This document shows, in pieces, positions 1 through 8,867 of a DNA stretch of 62,719 nucleotides. This DNA comes from an uncultured virus (IMG/VR IMGVR_UViG_3300043567_001092). Taxonomy: Duplodnaviria; Heunggongvirae; Uroviricota; Caudoviricetes. The notes below the pieces were generated by a model. It worked only from the letters and a program-made list of their open reading frames with translations, did no database searches and had not been told where the DNA came from. The DNA lies in IMG/VR virus record IMGVR_UViG_3300043567_001092. One strand, 5' to 3'. Made by a program: the position numbers and the translations under genes. Each line of letters starts with the position of its first letter. Within the stretch, counting starts at the first letter, position 1.

Positions 1-1067
1 TTTGCAGTTATTTGAATCAATCCACCGCTTGTAGTAGAAGATGAACCTCCTGCTGCAGCATTTTGTACAATATCATTTTGTATAATATTAATAATAGTGC
101 CGCCATCATTGAAAACAAATACTTGTCCTAAGTTAATACCAGTTGGATAGTTTGCTTTAACAGCAGTTGTTATGCCAGTAGCGTCTGTATCAGCTGAAAC
201 TACTAAAAGTTTTCCATCTATTTCATTAAATGAATTAACAGAATTTGCCGCTAAAGTTACAGAATACCATCGTCCGTAGCCTGGCGCCACAGTAATTAAT
301 GGAGACATAAAGTTATCGCCAAGCGGAGTAACTCCATCTTCTTTATAGATTTGGCCAGTAAAGAAATTGATTACTGCTCCACTGAAATTTAAAAATTTAT
401 TTTGGAAAGCCATTCCAAATTCAGTACCATCAATTGATAACTTGTTTACAGCAGTAACGTCTACTAAAGTAGAAGCATCCCTTGCTATTAATCTTAATTG
501 TCCAGATGAATCTGTTTCAGAAGAAGCACCAATTGCAGCTAGTATTTCTCTGGAAGTTCCTTCGATTGTTTTAGATTGGCCTTCAAATAATACCATTGAC
601 CCGACATGGAACTCATTACCGCTTTTAAGAGCAACAATAAGAACATCTCTGTCTTGTGGCAATGTAGAAGTTTGTGCAACGGTAACTGGCAATATAGAAC
701 TTACACCAGTTCTGTCTAAAGTTACATAAGCACAATATCCATCGGCTAGACCAGCAATTGTTTGTGCAGAAATCGTATTTGAAGCCAATGGCCTACCGGG
801 CAATTGTATAAAAGCATCGTCTGATATAGTTAATTCGTCAACACCAGCAATCCACACTCCGCCTTGAACAAGTTTTGCGTTCTTGTCTTGGAATGCCTCA
901 GTTTGTGATACAGATAGATCTTCCCAAATAGGAAAAATGTCTGTACAAATTCTTAGTCTATTAAGATCAGTATTAAAATAAATTTCTCCAACTTTTCCAG
1001 TTAATGGATCAGCATTAAGTCGAGGATATAATCTAATAAATTCAAAATTTTTGGTTGGATTTGACAT
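1..1067 (-). CDS. Virion structural / tail fibre-associated protein, truncated by the window edge (MSNPTKNFEFIRLYP...)
   Basis: ATG at 1067 follows the stop of the collar gene. Where I translated it, the frame runs open toward position 1. Gly/Thr/Ser-rich, beta-type composition. Not in the ORF track because there is no stop in the window. Confidence 0.65.
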   Translation of the reverse strand, partial: MSNPTKNFEFIRLYPRLNADPLTGKVGEIYFNTDLNRLRICTDIFPIWEDLSVSQTEAFQDKNAKLVQGGVWIAGVDELTISDDAFIQLPGRPLASNTISAQTIAGLADGYCAYVTLDRTGVSSILPVTVAQTSTLPQDRDVLIVALKSGNEFHVGSMVLFEGQSKTIEGTSREILAAIGASSETDSSGQLRLIARDASTLVDVTAVNKLSIDGTEFGMAFQNKFLNFSGAVINFFTGQIYKEDGVTPLGDNFMSPLITVAPGYGRWYSVTLAANSVNSFNEIDGKLLVVSADTDATGITTAVKANYPTGINLGQVFVFNDGGTIINIIQNDIVQNAAAGGSSSTTSGGLIQITA

Positions 1068-1078
1068 AATATTATCCT

Positions 1079-1756
1079 TTATATTTTAACTATCCACTTT
1101 TGGACTAAGTATGGTTGCATGTTATTGTGTTTGTTTACTGCTGATGCAGGTGTAGAATTGGCCAAATCCCCAGTCAGTGTGTGAGAATGGGCACCGCTTA
1201 TACTGCTTGCTCCGGCATCAGCCTGGCCGCTAGGTGTTGAATAGAAATAATATCCATAATCTGTAGCGCCACTAAAATACCATGACATATCTGTTTTATA
1301 AGATGGATTTAATGAAGTTATATCATTTGATTGTTCTACCGAAAACGTAATAGGGTCAGTGTCTTTCATAAACATATAATGCTTATGTTCACCTGCGTAA
1401 TCTAAAGTAATAGTGCTTGTATTGTGAGAATGAGTTGGATTTCCAATTTCATCAGCAGTTAATTGATGCTTCTCGGCACCATTAAAACTTCCGAGAATTC
1501 TGGTTACAGAACCAGACACTGGGTCAGTGTAAGTACCAGCACCAATTACTGTTCTTCCAATCATGTTAGGAAGATTTGCACCAAATATACTATATAATAG
1601 TGGGTATTGAGCCTGTGTAATCGCAGACCCATCTAATTCTAACCAACCAGATGGAATGGTAGCCATGGACCATACTTTAATAGTTCCAGATGGCTCTAAA
1701 CCTTCGCCTTTTTTTATTGAATGATTATTTGTGGTTAATCCTGATCTTTTTGCCAT
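1079..1756 (-). CDS. Tail collar domain fibre protein (paralog 3)
   Basis: Collar motif GTIKVW..PSGWLELDG..YPLLYSI..LPNMIGR, HxH metal-binding motifs, C-terminal HNNMQPY. Confidence 0.85.
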   Translation of the reverse strand: MAKRSGLTTNNHSIKKGEGLEPSGTIKVWSMATIPSGWLELDGSAITQAQYPLLYSIFGANLPNMIGRTVIGAGTYTDPVSGSVTRILGSFNGAEKHQLTADEIGNPTHSHNTSTITLDYAGEHKHYMFMKDTDPITFSVEQSNDITSLNPSYKTDMSWYFSGATDYGYYFYSTPSGQADAGASSISGAHSHTLTGDLANSTPASAVNKHNNMQPYLVQKWIVKI

Positions 1757-1757
1757 A

Positions 1758-2495
1758 TTACACCTTTATAATCCATTTTTGTACTATATATGGCTGCATA
1801 TTATTATGCGCAGTTGCTAATTCAGATATGCTTGTAAAAGATAAATCAGTATTAGGACCTGTGTGCGTATGTTGACCAGAACTATTATATCCAGAGCCAA
1901 CAGCATACGATGTTTGTATTCTTGATGGCTCAAGTCCAGTATAAATACCAAGAACTGATGAAAAAGAAACTTTTGAAGCAGCGCCACCAAAAACCATACC
2001 GCCCATTAATGAATATGCAACATTGCCATAATTTGGAACTGTGTGAAATTCAATTATTCCAGTTCCAAAATATTTTGACATTGTATAGTGTGTATGATTT
2101 CCTGCCGATACTGAAAGCACAGACCCTCTTGCATGCGAATGGGCAACTTCTCCTGATTCTGCATTTAATACTTTGTGCTTTTCAGCGCCATTTGAAGTTC
2201 CTAAAAATCTAATGACTGAACCAGACACTGGGTCAGTGTAAGTACCAGAACCAATTGGAACTCTCCCTGCCAAATTGGGAAGATTAAAATGTGAACTGTC
2301 TGCAGATCCGTAAATTGTACCTAAAATAGAAAACAGTCTAGCGTAATCAGTTCGAGATAAAGATGATCCATCTAATTCTAACCAACCAGATGGAATAGTA
2401 GCTCCGCCCCAACAAATTACTGTTCCTGTAGTAACTGCACCGTCTGTTATTTGTATTGATTGAGTTGTTGTATTTAATCCAAGTCTTGCTGCCAT
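1758..2495 (-). CDS. Tail collar domain fibre protein (paralog 2)
   Basis: PSGWLELDGSSLSRTDYARLFSILGTIYG..FNLPNLAGRVP, HxH motifs, HNNMQPY. Confidence 0.88.
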   Translation of the reverse strand: MAARLGLNTTTQSIQITDGAVTTGTVICWGGATIPSGWLELDGSSLSRTDYARLFSILGTIYGSADSSHFNLPNLAGRVPIGSGTYTDPVSGSVIRFLGTSNGAEKHKVLNAESGEVAHSHARGSVLSVSAGNHTHYTMSKYFGTGIIEFHTVPNYGNVAYSLMGGMVFGGAASKVSFSSVLGIYTGLEPSRIQTSYAVGSGYNSSGQHTHTGPNTDLSFTSISELATAHNNMQPYIVQKWIIKV

Positions 2496-2496
2496 A

Positions 2497-3183
2497 TTAA
2501 ACCTTCACTATCCATCTTTGAACTAAATATGGTTGCATATTGTTATGTGAATTTGCTGCATTGGCAGCAGCTGAAGACATAACGCCCCCCGAAGTCACAT
2601 GATAATGATTACCAGAAGTTGAGCTAGCCCCTCTATCTGCGGCAGATTCGTGTCCTCTTATTGAATAAGCAAACCATGCACCAAAATCACTGTAATGTAA
2701 AGCTAATGGCAGATTTTCATTTGGATACACGGCTGGGTCTACATTCGTCTGAGATGTGCTATGGTACACTCCATAATGTTGATGGCTATTTGATGAAACA
2801 GAATTTACATTTATGTTGTGTTTGTGTTGAACCAATGCACTTTCTGCTGAAAGCAATAAATGTTTTTCAGCACCATTCGATGCACCTAATACTCTAGTTA
2901 CAGAACCAGATACTGGATCAGTATAAGTACCAGCACCAACTGGAACTCTGCCAACCAAATTTGGAATACCAAAAGTTGTTGAACCGTCACCAGCTCCATA
3001 AGTTGTACCGTATATACCAAAAAGATTTGGATACAAAGTCCTTGAAACTGGTATACCATTACACTCTATCCACCCAGGAGGATAGACATTTGAAGACCAC
3101 GGCTTTACAGTCCCTGGCTTTTCGTAACCAAGGTGGCCTTGCATTGTAGAGTTATTTATATTTAAACCTGATCTTGCTGCCAT
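2497..3183 (-). CDS. Tail collar domain fibre protein (paralog 1)
   Basis: PPGWIECNG..SRTLYPNLF..YGAGDGSTTFGIPNLVGRVPVG, HxH motifs, HNNMQPY. Confidence 0.9.
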   Translation of the reverse strand: MAARSGLNINNSTMQGHLGYEKPGTVKPWSSNVYPPGWIECNGIPVSRTLYPNLFGIYGTTYGAGDGSTTFGIPNLVGRVPVGAGTYTDPVSGSVTRVLGASNGAEKHLLLSAESALVQHKHNINVNSVSSNSHQHYGVYHSTSQTNVDPAVYPNENLPLALHYSDFGAWFAYSIRGHESAADRGASSTSGNHYHVTSGGVMSSAAANAANSHNNMQPYLVQRWIVKV

Positions 3184-4337
3184 TATGTGTCTTCACAATC
3201 CAAATCTGCGTTGTTAGAACCAACATAGTTTATACCAATTTTATTAGTAGAAACTACGTCATTAAAAGCGCAATCATTTATTCTATTATTCGATCCGTTA
3301 ACTAATGCACCGACAGTTGATGTATTATTAGTTGAATTAGTTAAGTTAATACGGCAATCTCTAATTCTGCAATAGTTTCCGGTTACAAGAACTGTATAGC
3401 TATTGTGCCCAGCTAATGTCTCAATGTTTAAACCGTCTAAAATACATCTGTTACCTAATTCAATATATCCGCCAGATGCAATTTTAATAGCGCCAGAATC
3501 AACTGAGCTTGAAAGTTTGTCCATTCCTCGACCTAAAATTTTAATGCCATTAGTTAAAGTAACGCCAGAAGATATGGTAAAAGTTTTCGTTATAAGAATA
3601 ATTCCGCCACCCAAAGCAGTTAAGTCTGTGATAGCTTGTTGTAATTCTGTTTGATTAGAAGCAAATTTTTCTGGATAAGCAGTTGCGCCAGAAACTAAAA
3701 CTGCTCCCAATTGAGAAGTAGTTCCTGCTGGCCACATGATACCATGCGGAACAAATAACAAGTCGTTACCGCGTCTTAAGGCCAATGGAATACTAAATAT
3801 TGAAGACGAACCAGTAGTAGTTATTTCAAGTTTTGGCATTGCAGTAGACATAGGTTGCTTAACAACTCTAAATCCAGTGCTAGTTGAACCGCCGTTAATT
3901 CCGTTTTCAAGATTGAAAGAACTTCCTTGGTCAACTAACAATGCAGAATCTAATTCTAGATAAACTAATTCGCCGTCAGCGATATCAATGTATTCAAAAG
4001 TTGTAAGCGTGTTTGTAGCTCCACCTTGAAGTCTTAATACCATAGAGCTATTTACAGAACCTTCAGTTGCTAATATTTCCATGCTCATAGAATTAACAAG
4101 AGTGTTGGCATCGAAACGAAGCTGTGTTCCAGTCCAAGTGATTTGACCACCTTCAGAATGAAGTATGTAATTAGTTTTTCTAGACAATTCAGCGATTGCT
4201 TTAAAAGTATTTTCTAAAGTAACTAAAGCGTTTTCCTGCTCATCAGAGTTAGCTAAAAAAGGAATTTGTCTGTCGATTGCTATTTCTGATAATTTAGTAT
4301 TGCCTTGATTTTTGGGCTGATTAGAATCGTAACTCAT
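3183..4337 (-). CDS. Virion protein with C-terminal parallel beta-helix-like region
   Basis: LQQAITDLTALGGGIILI..IKILGRG followed by Asn/Cys/Ile-ladder repeats. Located in the tail fibre operon. Confidence 0.6.
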   Translation of the reverse strand: MSYDSNQPKNQGNTKLSEIAIDRQIPFLANSDEQENALVTLENTFKAIAELSRKTNYILHSEGGQITWTGTQLRFDANTLVNSMSMEILATEGSVNSSMVLRLQGGATNTLTTFEYIDIADGELVYLELDSALLVDQGSSFNLENGINGGSTSTGFRVVKQPMSTAMPKLEITTTGSSSIFSIPLALRRGNDLLFVPHGIMWPAGTTSQLGAVLVSGATAYPEKFASNQTELQQAITDLTALGGGIILITKTFTISSGVTLTNGIKILGRGMDKLSSSVDSGAIKIASGGYIELGNRCILDGLNIETLAGHNSYTVLVTGNYCRIRDCRINLTNSTNNTSTVGALVNGSNNRINDCAFNDVVSTNKIGINYVGSNNADLDCEDT

Positions 4338-4567
4338 TATTCCCCCCTAAGAAATTTGGAGATATCAATATTTGCAGCAGTGACTGTTTCGATAGCGTTA
4401 GCATTGGCTGGTTCAAATGTAGTAGTCAATATGTCCACTGGAAAAATTATATTCCCAGGGATACTTCGTAAAGCCTCAAGCTCTCTAATTCTAGCATCTT
4501 TAAGTTCTAAAAGCTTGGTAAGCTCAACAACTTGCTCTCGTAGTAATTGTTCAATTGGACTGCTCAT
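4337..4567 (-). CDS. Small coiled-coil hypothetical protein
   Basis: Stop/start overlaps with both neighbours. Confidence 0.6.
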   Translation of the reverse strand: MSSPIEQLLREQVVELTKLLELKDARIRELEALRSIPGNIIFPVDILTTTFEPANANAIETVTAANIDISKFLRGE

Positions 4568-5214
4568 TAGAATCCTTTTAAAACATATTTAAGAGTGAGT
4601 GGAACCCCTTCTAGATCAGAAGTATATTTTAATTTAACGCTTCCAGATTCCATAACAATAGAGAGCCAAGCGCTTACATCGTTACCGATTTCTGTAAAGG
4701 AATGATCATAAGCAACGGAGCTAAAGCCGTCATTTAATATGTTGAAATCGCCTTTTCTTTTACGGCCATTACCAGTAGTTCTTTGTAATGTGTATTCGAT
4801 ATTTGCAAATGGTTTAGATGAACCAACGAAAACCAAAGCATCTGCTAACGTAGCTTGGCCATCTACTAAGGTGATTGTTAACGGAACTTCGCCGACGCCA
4901 GTCCAAATGTTAGCAGCTCTTTGATAAATAGTTGAAGAAGACCCTTGAATAACAATAGCTACATCGCCATCTTTTGTTCCGGTATATAATACTTCCCAAC
5001 TGTTTGGGTTAGTATCGGGCTGTAGACCTACGTTTGAATTTACTTTGGAACGGTACATCTTTCCAGAGTATTCTAAGCAATTATATTGTGAGTAAGTAGT
5101 TGAAACATCCCAGTAATCTACTAGGTTGTTTGAAGAAAATACAATAGCAGCGTTCGCGTTATCGGTTAAAGAACCTCGACCTAAAGCTAATGAGTCTATT
5201 TTTTGTAATGCCAC
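4567..5214 (-). CDS. Structural protein with CBM5/12-like carbohydrate-binding module
   Basis: WDVSTTYSQYNCLEYSGKMYRSK..QPDTNPNSWE resembles CBM5/12. GTG start with GAGGAG RBS. Confidence 0.6.
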   Translation of the reverse strand: MALQKIDSLALGRGSLTDNANAAIVFSSNNLVDYWDVSTTYSQYNCLEYSGKMYRSKVNSNVGLQPDTNPNSWEVLYTGTKDGDVAIVIQGSSSTIYQRAANIWTGVGEVPLTITLVDGQATLADALVFVGSSKPFANIEYTLQRTTGNGRKRKGDFNILNDGFSSVAYDHSFTEIGNDVSAWLSIVMESGSVKLKYTSDLEGVPLTLKYVLKGF

Positions 5215-5285
5215 TTTACTCCTCTCTTTGGGACCATCTGGGCCAAAAGACCAACAAGCATTTCTGATTGCAGGAATTATCTATA

Positions 5286-5293
5286 AGATTAGG
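5286..5293 (-). promoter_or_regulatory. Putative late promoter motif CCTAATCT
   Basis: The same 8-mer recurs upstream of minus-strand virion genes throughout the window. Confidence 0.65.
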
Positions 5294-5340
5294 TTAAACT
5301 GCTATATATTACAATATATTAGGGTATATGGCATTTCAGG

Positions 5341-5369
5341 TTGATTTTATTCAAGTTTTGTGGTAATAT
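5341..5369 (+). promoter_or_regulatory. Sigma70-type promoter upstream of the microprotein array
   Basis: TTGATT-17bp-TAATAT with extended -10 TG. Confidence 0.6.
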
Positions 5370-5437
5370 TATTAGGTGGTGCCGCATACAAAGTTGCTCA
5401 AACAATTTGTGCGGAATTGCATTAACATCATTAAGTT

Positions 5438-5629
5438 ATGGAAATAATTATGGAATTATATAAGCTTTTAGTTGTTAGAAATAGAGAAAAGAAGGTTATT
5501 GCCGAAAACTTGAGCAAAGAAGAGGTGTCTGTAGCAAAGACAGATTGGGCAACTATTTATAATAACGACGTTTATTTCGATCCAGTTCCAGTGTTATTGG
5601 TTGAAGTGCAGCGTGAGGGTGAAGAATGA
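5438..5629 (+). CDS. Hypothetical protein, first gene of the array operon (not a family member)
   Basis: ORF downstream of the promoter, ATGA overlap with the next gene. Start may be 5450. Confidence 0.6.
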   Translation: MEIIMELYKLLVVRNREKKVIAENLSKEEVSVAKTDWATIYNNDVYFDPVPVLLVEVQREGEE

Positions 5630-5826
5630 GGAAACGCGAGCAGGCAGAAGTACATAACGCCTTGTTCTATCAAGTAAGGTACATTCTAGATGTAATTCAA
5701 GAACCTGAAGAAGTTACAGAATATACTATTATGGATATCTTGTTAGATAATCGACTCAGACCTGTTGATGTTGCTGAGTTGCAAAAGCAAGTAAGATATT
5801 TTATTGCGAATCGGAATATAAGGTAA
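5626..5826 (+). CDS. MKKRxQ-family microprotein 1
   Basis: Starts MRKREQA. Confidence 0.8.
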   Translation: MRKREQAEVHNALFYQVRYILDVIQEPEEVTEYTIMDILLDNRLRPVDVAELQKQVRYFIANRNIR

Positions 5827-5830
5827 ATAT

Positions 5831-6028
5831 ATGGTCAAAAGAAGGCAGCTAAGTGATTTTCTTAAAAAGTATCTCTACAATAAGCTTTATAGCCAGTCTA
5901 TGATCACAACTGAATACGTTTGGGACAAAGTATGGTACAGCACTAGACCTGATCTCTACCTATTGCTTCATGTTAATATCGAAATAGAAATTACTAAACA
6001 CATAAGACAAATTAAGGCCACTAAATGA
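5831..6028 (+). CDS. MKKRxQ-family microprotein 2
   Basis: Starts MVKRRQL. Confidence 0.8.
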   Translation: MVKRRQLSDFLKKYLYNKLYSQSMITTEYVWDKVWYSTRPDLYLLLHVNIEIEITKHIRQIKATK

Positions 6029-6216
6029 GGAAAAGAGACCAGATTGATGATTCTAAATTTTTTTGGCGATTAGTTGACCGCACCTTATCTTGGCGCATAG
6101 ACGATGAACTTGGGGCATATCTTAGATGGCAATTTCGCGACAATTTAGATGATAACCTTTACTATCACTTGTATAGACACATAAGCGATTTCTTAAGGCA
6201 AGAGGAATTAAAATGA
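6025..6216 (+). CDS. MKKRxQ-family microprotein 3
   Basis: Starts MRKRDQI. Confidence 0.8.
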   Translation: MRKRDQIDDSKFFWRLVDRTLSWRIDDELGAYLRWQFRDNLDDNLYYHLYRHISDFLRQEELK

Positions 6217-6392
6217 GAAGAAGAAATTCAATTGATGCATACCATAGACTATTGCTCTCTCTTGCTAAGAATTCAGGTAAAGTCGTAAAAGATGACTATT
6301 TTAACAGACTTATGGATATAGTTCGCGAAGGGGCTAACCAAGAAATGAAAATTAAGCTCTATGCCTATTTAAAAGATGTGAGGTCAAAATGA
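6213..6392 (+). CDS. MKKRxQ-family microprotein 4 (59 aa, below track cutoff)
   Basis: Starts MRRRNSI, ATGA overlaps at both ends. Confidence 0.75.
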   Translation: MRRRNSIDAYHRLLLSLAKNSGKVVKDDYFNRLMDIVREGANQEMKIKLYAYLKDVRSK

Positions 6393-6571
6393 AGAAACAT
6401 ATTCACATGGACGACATGTTTTATATAAAAATGCATACAGCCATAAAGTCTAGATTAGATGATAGTTTGTACGATAGATTGTATTTTATATTTTTAGACG
6501 ACAAGATGAATTGCATTAGGCGTGAATTGAGAAGACATATAGCAAATTCTCTCGTAAGATGGCACAGATGA
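6389..6571 (+). CDS. MKKRxQ-family microprotein 5
   Basis: Starts MKKHIHM (divergent tag), ATGA overlaps. Confidence 0.75.
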   Translation: MKKHIHMDDMFYIKMHTAIKSRLDDSLYDRLYFIFLDDKMNCIRRELRRHIANSLVRWHR

Positions 6572-6747
6572 GAAAACGAGAATTTATTGAAAAAAATTTT
6601 CATGAAAAAATCTATGAAAAATACCACGATCAACTTGATGCAAATTTGCATTTTAAATTACACCAAAAAATATACCACGAACTACGTGAAGACATTTATT
6701 GGGAATTATATAAACAAGTTAGGAACATAGTAGCTAATTGGAGCTAA
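6568..6747 (+). CDS. MKKRxQ-family microprotein 6
   Basis: Starts MRKREFI at the ATGA overlap. Confidence 0.8.
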   Translation: MRKREFIEKNFHEKIYEKYHDQLDANLHFKLHQKIYHELREDIYWELYKQVRNIVANWS

Positions 6748-6748
6748 T

Positions 6749-6934
6749 GTGAAGAAACGTAAGCAATTAGATAAATTCTTTTTCAGAACACGAATGAGGT
6801 TGAATAAAGACATACCATTTCGTTTATATTCTAGTGGCCGCGTAAATCATTATATTGATTCATCTTTGACAAACAATTCTGTATGTAGCGGTATTATATT
6901 GTTAATTAAATCAGAAATCGAGGGCGAAGAATGA
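6749..6934 (+). CDS. MKKRxQ-family microprotein 7
   Basis: GTG start, MKKRKQL. Confidence 0.8.
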   Translation: MKKRKQLDKFFFRTRMRLNKDIPFRLYSSGRVNHYIDSSLTNNSVCSGIILLIKSEIEGEE

Positions 6935-7143
6935 GGAAGAGGGAGAGGGCCAACCTTCAGGTTAGAAGGTTAGTAGATTACATACCATGCGATATACTTA
7001 CGGCTGGGTTAACAAGCAGAATCAGCTTTAAAGCCGCTGATATGTATGATATACTTAAAGTGGGTATTATTAATAGGCTTATACATTGCATACAAGACTA
7101 TGATTCAAAAAAGGCATCAAATGAGGCGAAGAGAAATACTTAA
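6931..7143 (+). CDS. MKKRxQ-family microprotein 8
   Basis: Starts MRKRERA. Confidence 0.75.
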   Translation: MRKRERANLQVRRLVDYIPCDILTAGLTSRISFKAADMYDILKVGIINRLIHCIQDYDSKKASNEAKRNT

Positions 7144-7330
7144 CCAGCAGTTTTATATTTGGAACGAAAGCCAATGGATTGATAAGCTTTGGTATCAACT
7201 TGGAAGCGAGAGAACTAAGGTATTGATACCATTTATTAAAAACCATATTGGTGTTGAACTTAAAGAACAGATATATGGACAGCTTAAGTGTAATTTGAGA
7301 TTACATGTAAGAAATACTGAAGGGATTTAA
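7121..7330 (+). CDS. MKKRxQ-family microprotein 9
   Basis: Internal ATG gives MRRREIL. Confidence 0.75.
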   Translation: MRRREILNQQFYIWNESQWIDKLWYQLGSERTKVLIPFIKNHIGVELKEQIYGQLKCNLRLHVRNTEGI

Positions 7331-7331
7331 G

Positions 7332-7511
7332 ATGATAAAAAGAATTCCTATTTCTAGTGAAAAGATTAGCGATAAGCTTTTTGATATGGTGTATAGTCAA
7401 CCTTATTATGGAATGCGAAAGCGTATTCGTAATCAACTTAGTGTTAAGCTCAGTAACCAATTATATCAGGAATTGATTTTGCCTATTGCCTATCAAAAGA
7501 GGGTTAATTAA
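7332..7511 (+). CDS. MKKRxQ-family microprotein 10 (59 aa, below track cutoff)
   Basis: Starts MIKRIPI, contains IRNQLSVKLSNQLYQEL. Confidence 0.78.
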   Translation: MIKRIPISSEKISDKLFDMVYSQPYYGMRKRIRNQLSVKLSNQLYQELILPIAYQKRVN

Positions 7512-7512
7512 T

Positions 7513-7761
7513 ATGAAAAAGCGAAAACAGTTGGAGAATCAGTTCGGGTATCAGTTGGGGTATGAGTCGGTGAATCAGTTGGTGAATCAGTTGAGGTATC
7601 AGTTGGTGTATCAGTTGGTGTATCAGTTGGTGTATCAGTTGGAGAATCAGTTGGTGAATCAGTTGGAGAATCAGTTGAGGTATCAGTTGAGGTATCAGTT
7701 GAGGGATCAGTTGGTGAATCAGTTGAGAAAAACTGAAACTGTTTACAAGAGGGTTAATTAA
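7513..7761 (+). CDS. MKKRxQ-family microprotein 11 (near-pure QLxx repeat)
   Basis: MKKRKQLENQFGYQL..(QL[VRE][NYD])n. Confidence 0.8.
   Translation: MKKRKQLENQFGYQLGYESVNQLVNQLRYQLVYQLVYQLVYQLENQLVNQLENQLRYQLRYQLRDQLVNQLRKTETVYKRVN
7528..7725 (+). repeat. 12-nt tandem repeat CAGTTGNNGNAT, 16 units plus a partial
   Basis: Read directly from the sequence. Confidence 0.92.
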
Positions 7762-7762
7762 T

Positions 7763-7945
7763 ATGAAAAAGCGAAAACAAATTGCAGACATATCATTTAA
7801 TGTTTTCAGAGAAGCATTTATTACACAGATTTATAAAAAAAGTGACTTAAAGTATAATTGCATAATTGATGAGCAACTGACCTCTAAATTAGTAAATCAG
7901 ACTCTTGGATATCAAATACGATACTTGATTATAGGTTTGTTCTAA
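7763..7945 (+). CDS. MKKRxQ-family microprotein 12
   Basis: Starts MKKRKQI. Confidence 0.8.
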   Translation: MKKRKQIADISFNVFREAFITQIYKKSDLKYNCIIDEQLTSKLVNQTLGYQIRYLIIGLF

Positions 7946-8125
7946 ATGGTTAAAAGAATCCCACTCAAAGACGGATTATATGTTAAAATAGACAGTGCTT
8001 TTAACTGCCAGTTAGAGTACAAAGTCTATACGCTGCTTCGTGAAAAGCTTTTCGTTGTTCTTTGGGACGAAATTAGGGATCAACTTGAAAGAAATGTCAG
8101 AATATCTTTAAAAAACAGGGCATAA
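7946..8125 (+). CDS. MKKRxQ-family microprotein 13 (59 aa, below track cutoff)
   Basis: Starts MVKRIPL, contains WDEIRDQL. Confidence 0.78.
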   Translation: MVKRIPLKDGLYVKIDSAFNCQLEYKVYTLLREKLFVVLWDEIRDQLERNVRISLKNRA

Positions 8126-8126
8126 G

Positions 8127-8300
8127 ATGAGGAAAAGAGAGCAGATTGATAACATTTTATTTGTTCAATTTACAGATGTGCTTAAAGACTCATTTGGGGA
8201 CAATGTAAGCATGCCATTTTTTTATAAGATAATGCTGGCATTACAAGGGGAATTAGTTGGCGAACTTTATAGACAATTAGAATCACAGGTGTTGAGATGA
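8127..8300 (+). CDS. MKKRxQ-family microprotein 14 (57 aa, below track cutoff)
   Basis: Starts MRKREQI. Confidence 0.8.
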   Translation: MRKREQIDNILFVQFTDVLKDSFGDNVSMPFFYKIMLALQGELVGELYRQLESQVLR

Positions 8301-8494
8301 AGAAACGAGAACAACTGATAACTAACTTATATTTTAAATTTTATAAGAAATATAACGATTTGCCAAATGAGGAAACTTTTGATATAATCAACGGAGAACT
8401 TGGCGATAAGTTAAATAGACAGATTTGGTATCCTGTTCGTGGGGAGTTATTCGATCAACTTTATTGTCATACTATTAAGAAAGAAGCGAAATGA
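8297..8494 (+). CDS. MKKRxQ-family microprotein 15
   Basis: Starts MKKREQL. Confidence 0.8.
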   Translation: MKKREQLITNLYFKFYKKYNDLPNEETFDIINGELGDKLNRQIWYPVRGELFDQLYCHTIKKEAK

Positions 8495-8700
8495 AAAAAC
8501 GAGTTCAAATACCTGGGCATCTTGGTGACAAATTGTGGGAACAACTGGCTTACACCATGAGCGGTCAATTAAGATTCAAGCTTAAAATGGTTTTAGCAAA
8601 CTCTAGTTTAGTTGATGAATATGACACTGCTGCGGCGCATTGCCACCTTAGAAAAAATGTTTATTGCCACCTTAGATTTAACAGTGGGATTAGAAAATGA
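8491..8700 (+). CDS. MKKRxQ-family microprotein 16
   Basis: Starts MKKRVQI. Confidence 0.8.
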   Translation: MKKRVQIPGHLGDKLWEQLAYTMSGQLRFKLKMVLANSSLVDEYDTAAAHCHLRKNVYCHLRFNSGIRK

Positions 8701-8867
8701 GACAACGCGATCAAATATATAGACATTTTTCTTCGCATTTAGATTATGAACTAAAGTGTTTGTATAGAAATCAATTTGATGAGTGGTTGTTTTATCATAT
8801 TGGGCGAAACATAGGAAATACTGTCAAGTATGATCTTATTAATTTGCAGGAATTGTTGGGAAAATGA
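8697..8867 (+). CDS. MKKRxQ-family microprotein 17 (56 aa, below track cutoff)
   Basis: Starts MRQRDQI, ATGA overlaps. Confidence 0.8.
   Translation: MRQRDQIYRHFSSHLDYELKCLYRNQFDEWLFYHIGRNIGNTVKYDLINLQELLGK

Larger units (their letters stand above)
7497..7779 (+). repeat. 33-bp perfect direct repeat (7497-7529 and 7747-7779)
   Basis: AAGAGGGTTAATTAATATGAAAAAGCGAAAACA occurs twice, 250 bp apart. Confidence 0.9.

Noticed and set aside
7528..7725. Diversity-generating retroelement variable/template repeat
   Set aside because: No reverse transcriptase in the window and no TR/VR pair seen. Several adenines in the 12-mer are invariant on both strands, unlike A-specific mutagenesis. An RT elsewhere in the genome cannot be excluded.
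7504..7791. Antisense ORF with QLIH/QLIP repeats
   Set aside because: A shadow of the 12-mer: CAGTTG reads CAACTG (also Gln-Leu) on the other strand and has no stops. There is no independent evidence of expression.
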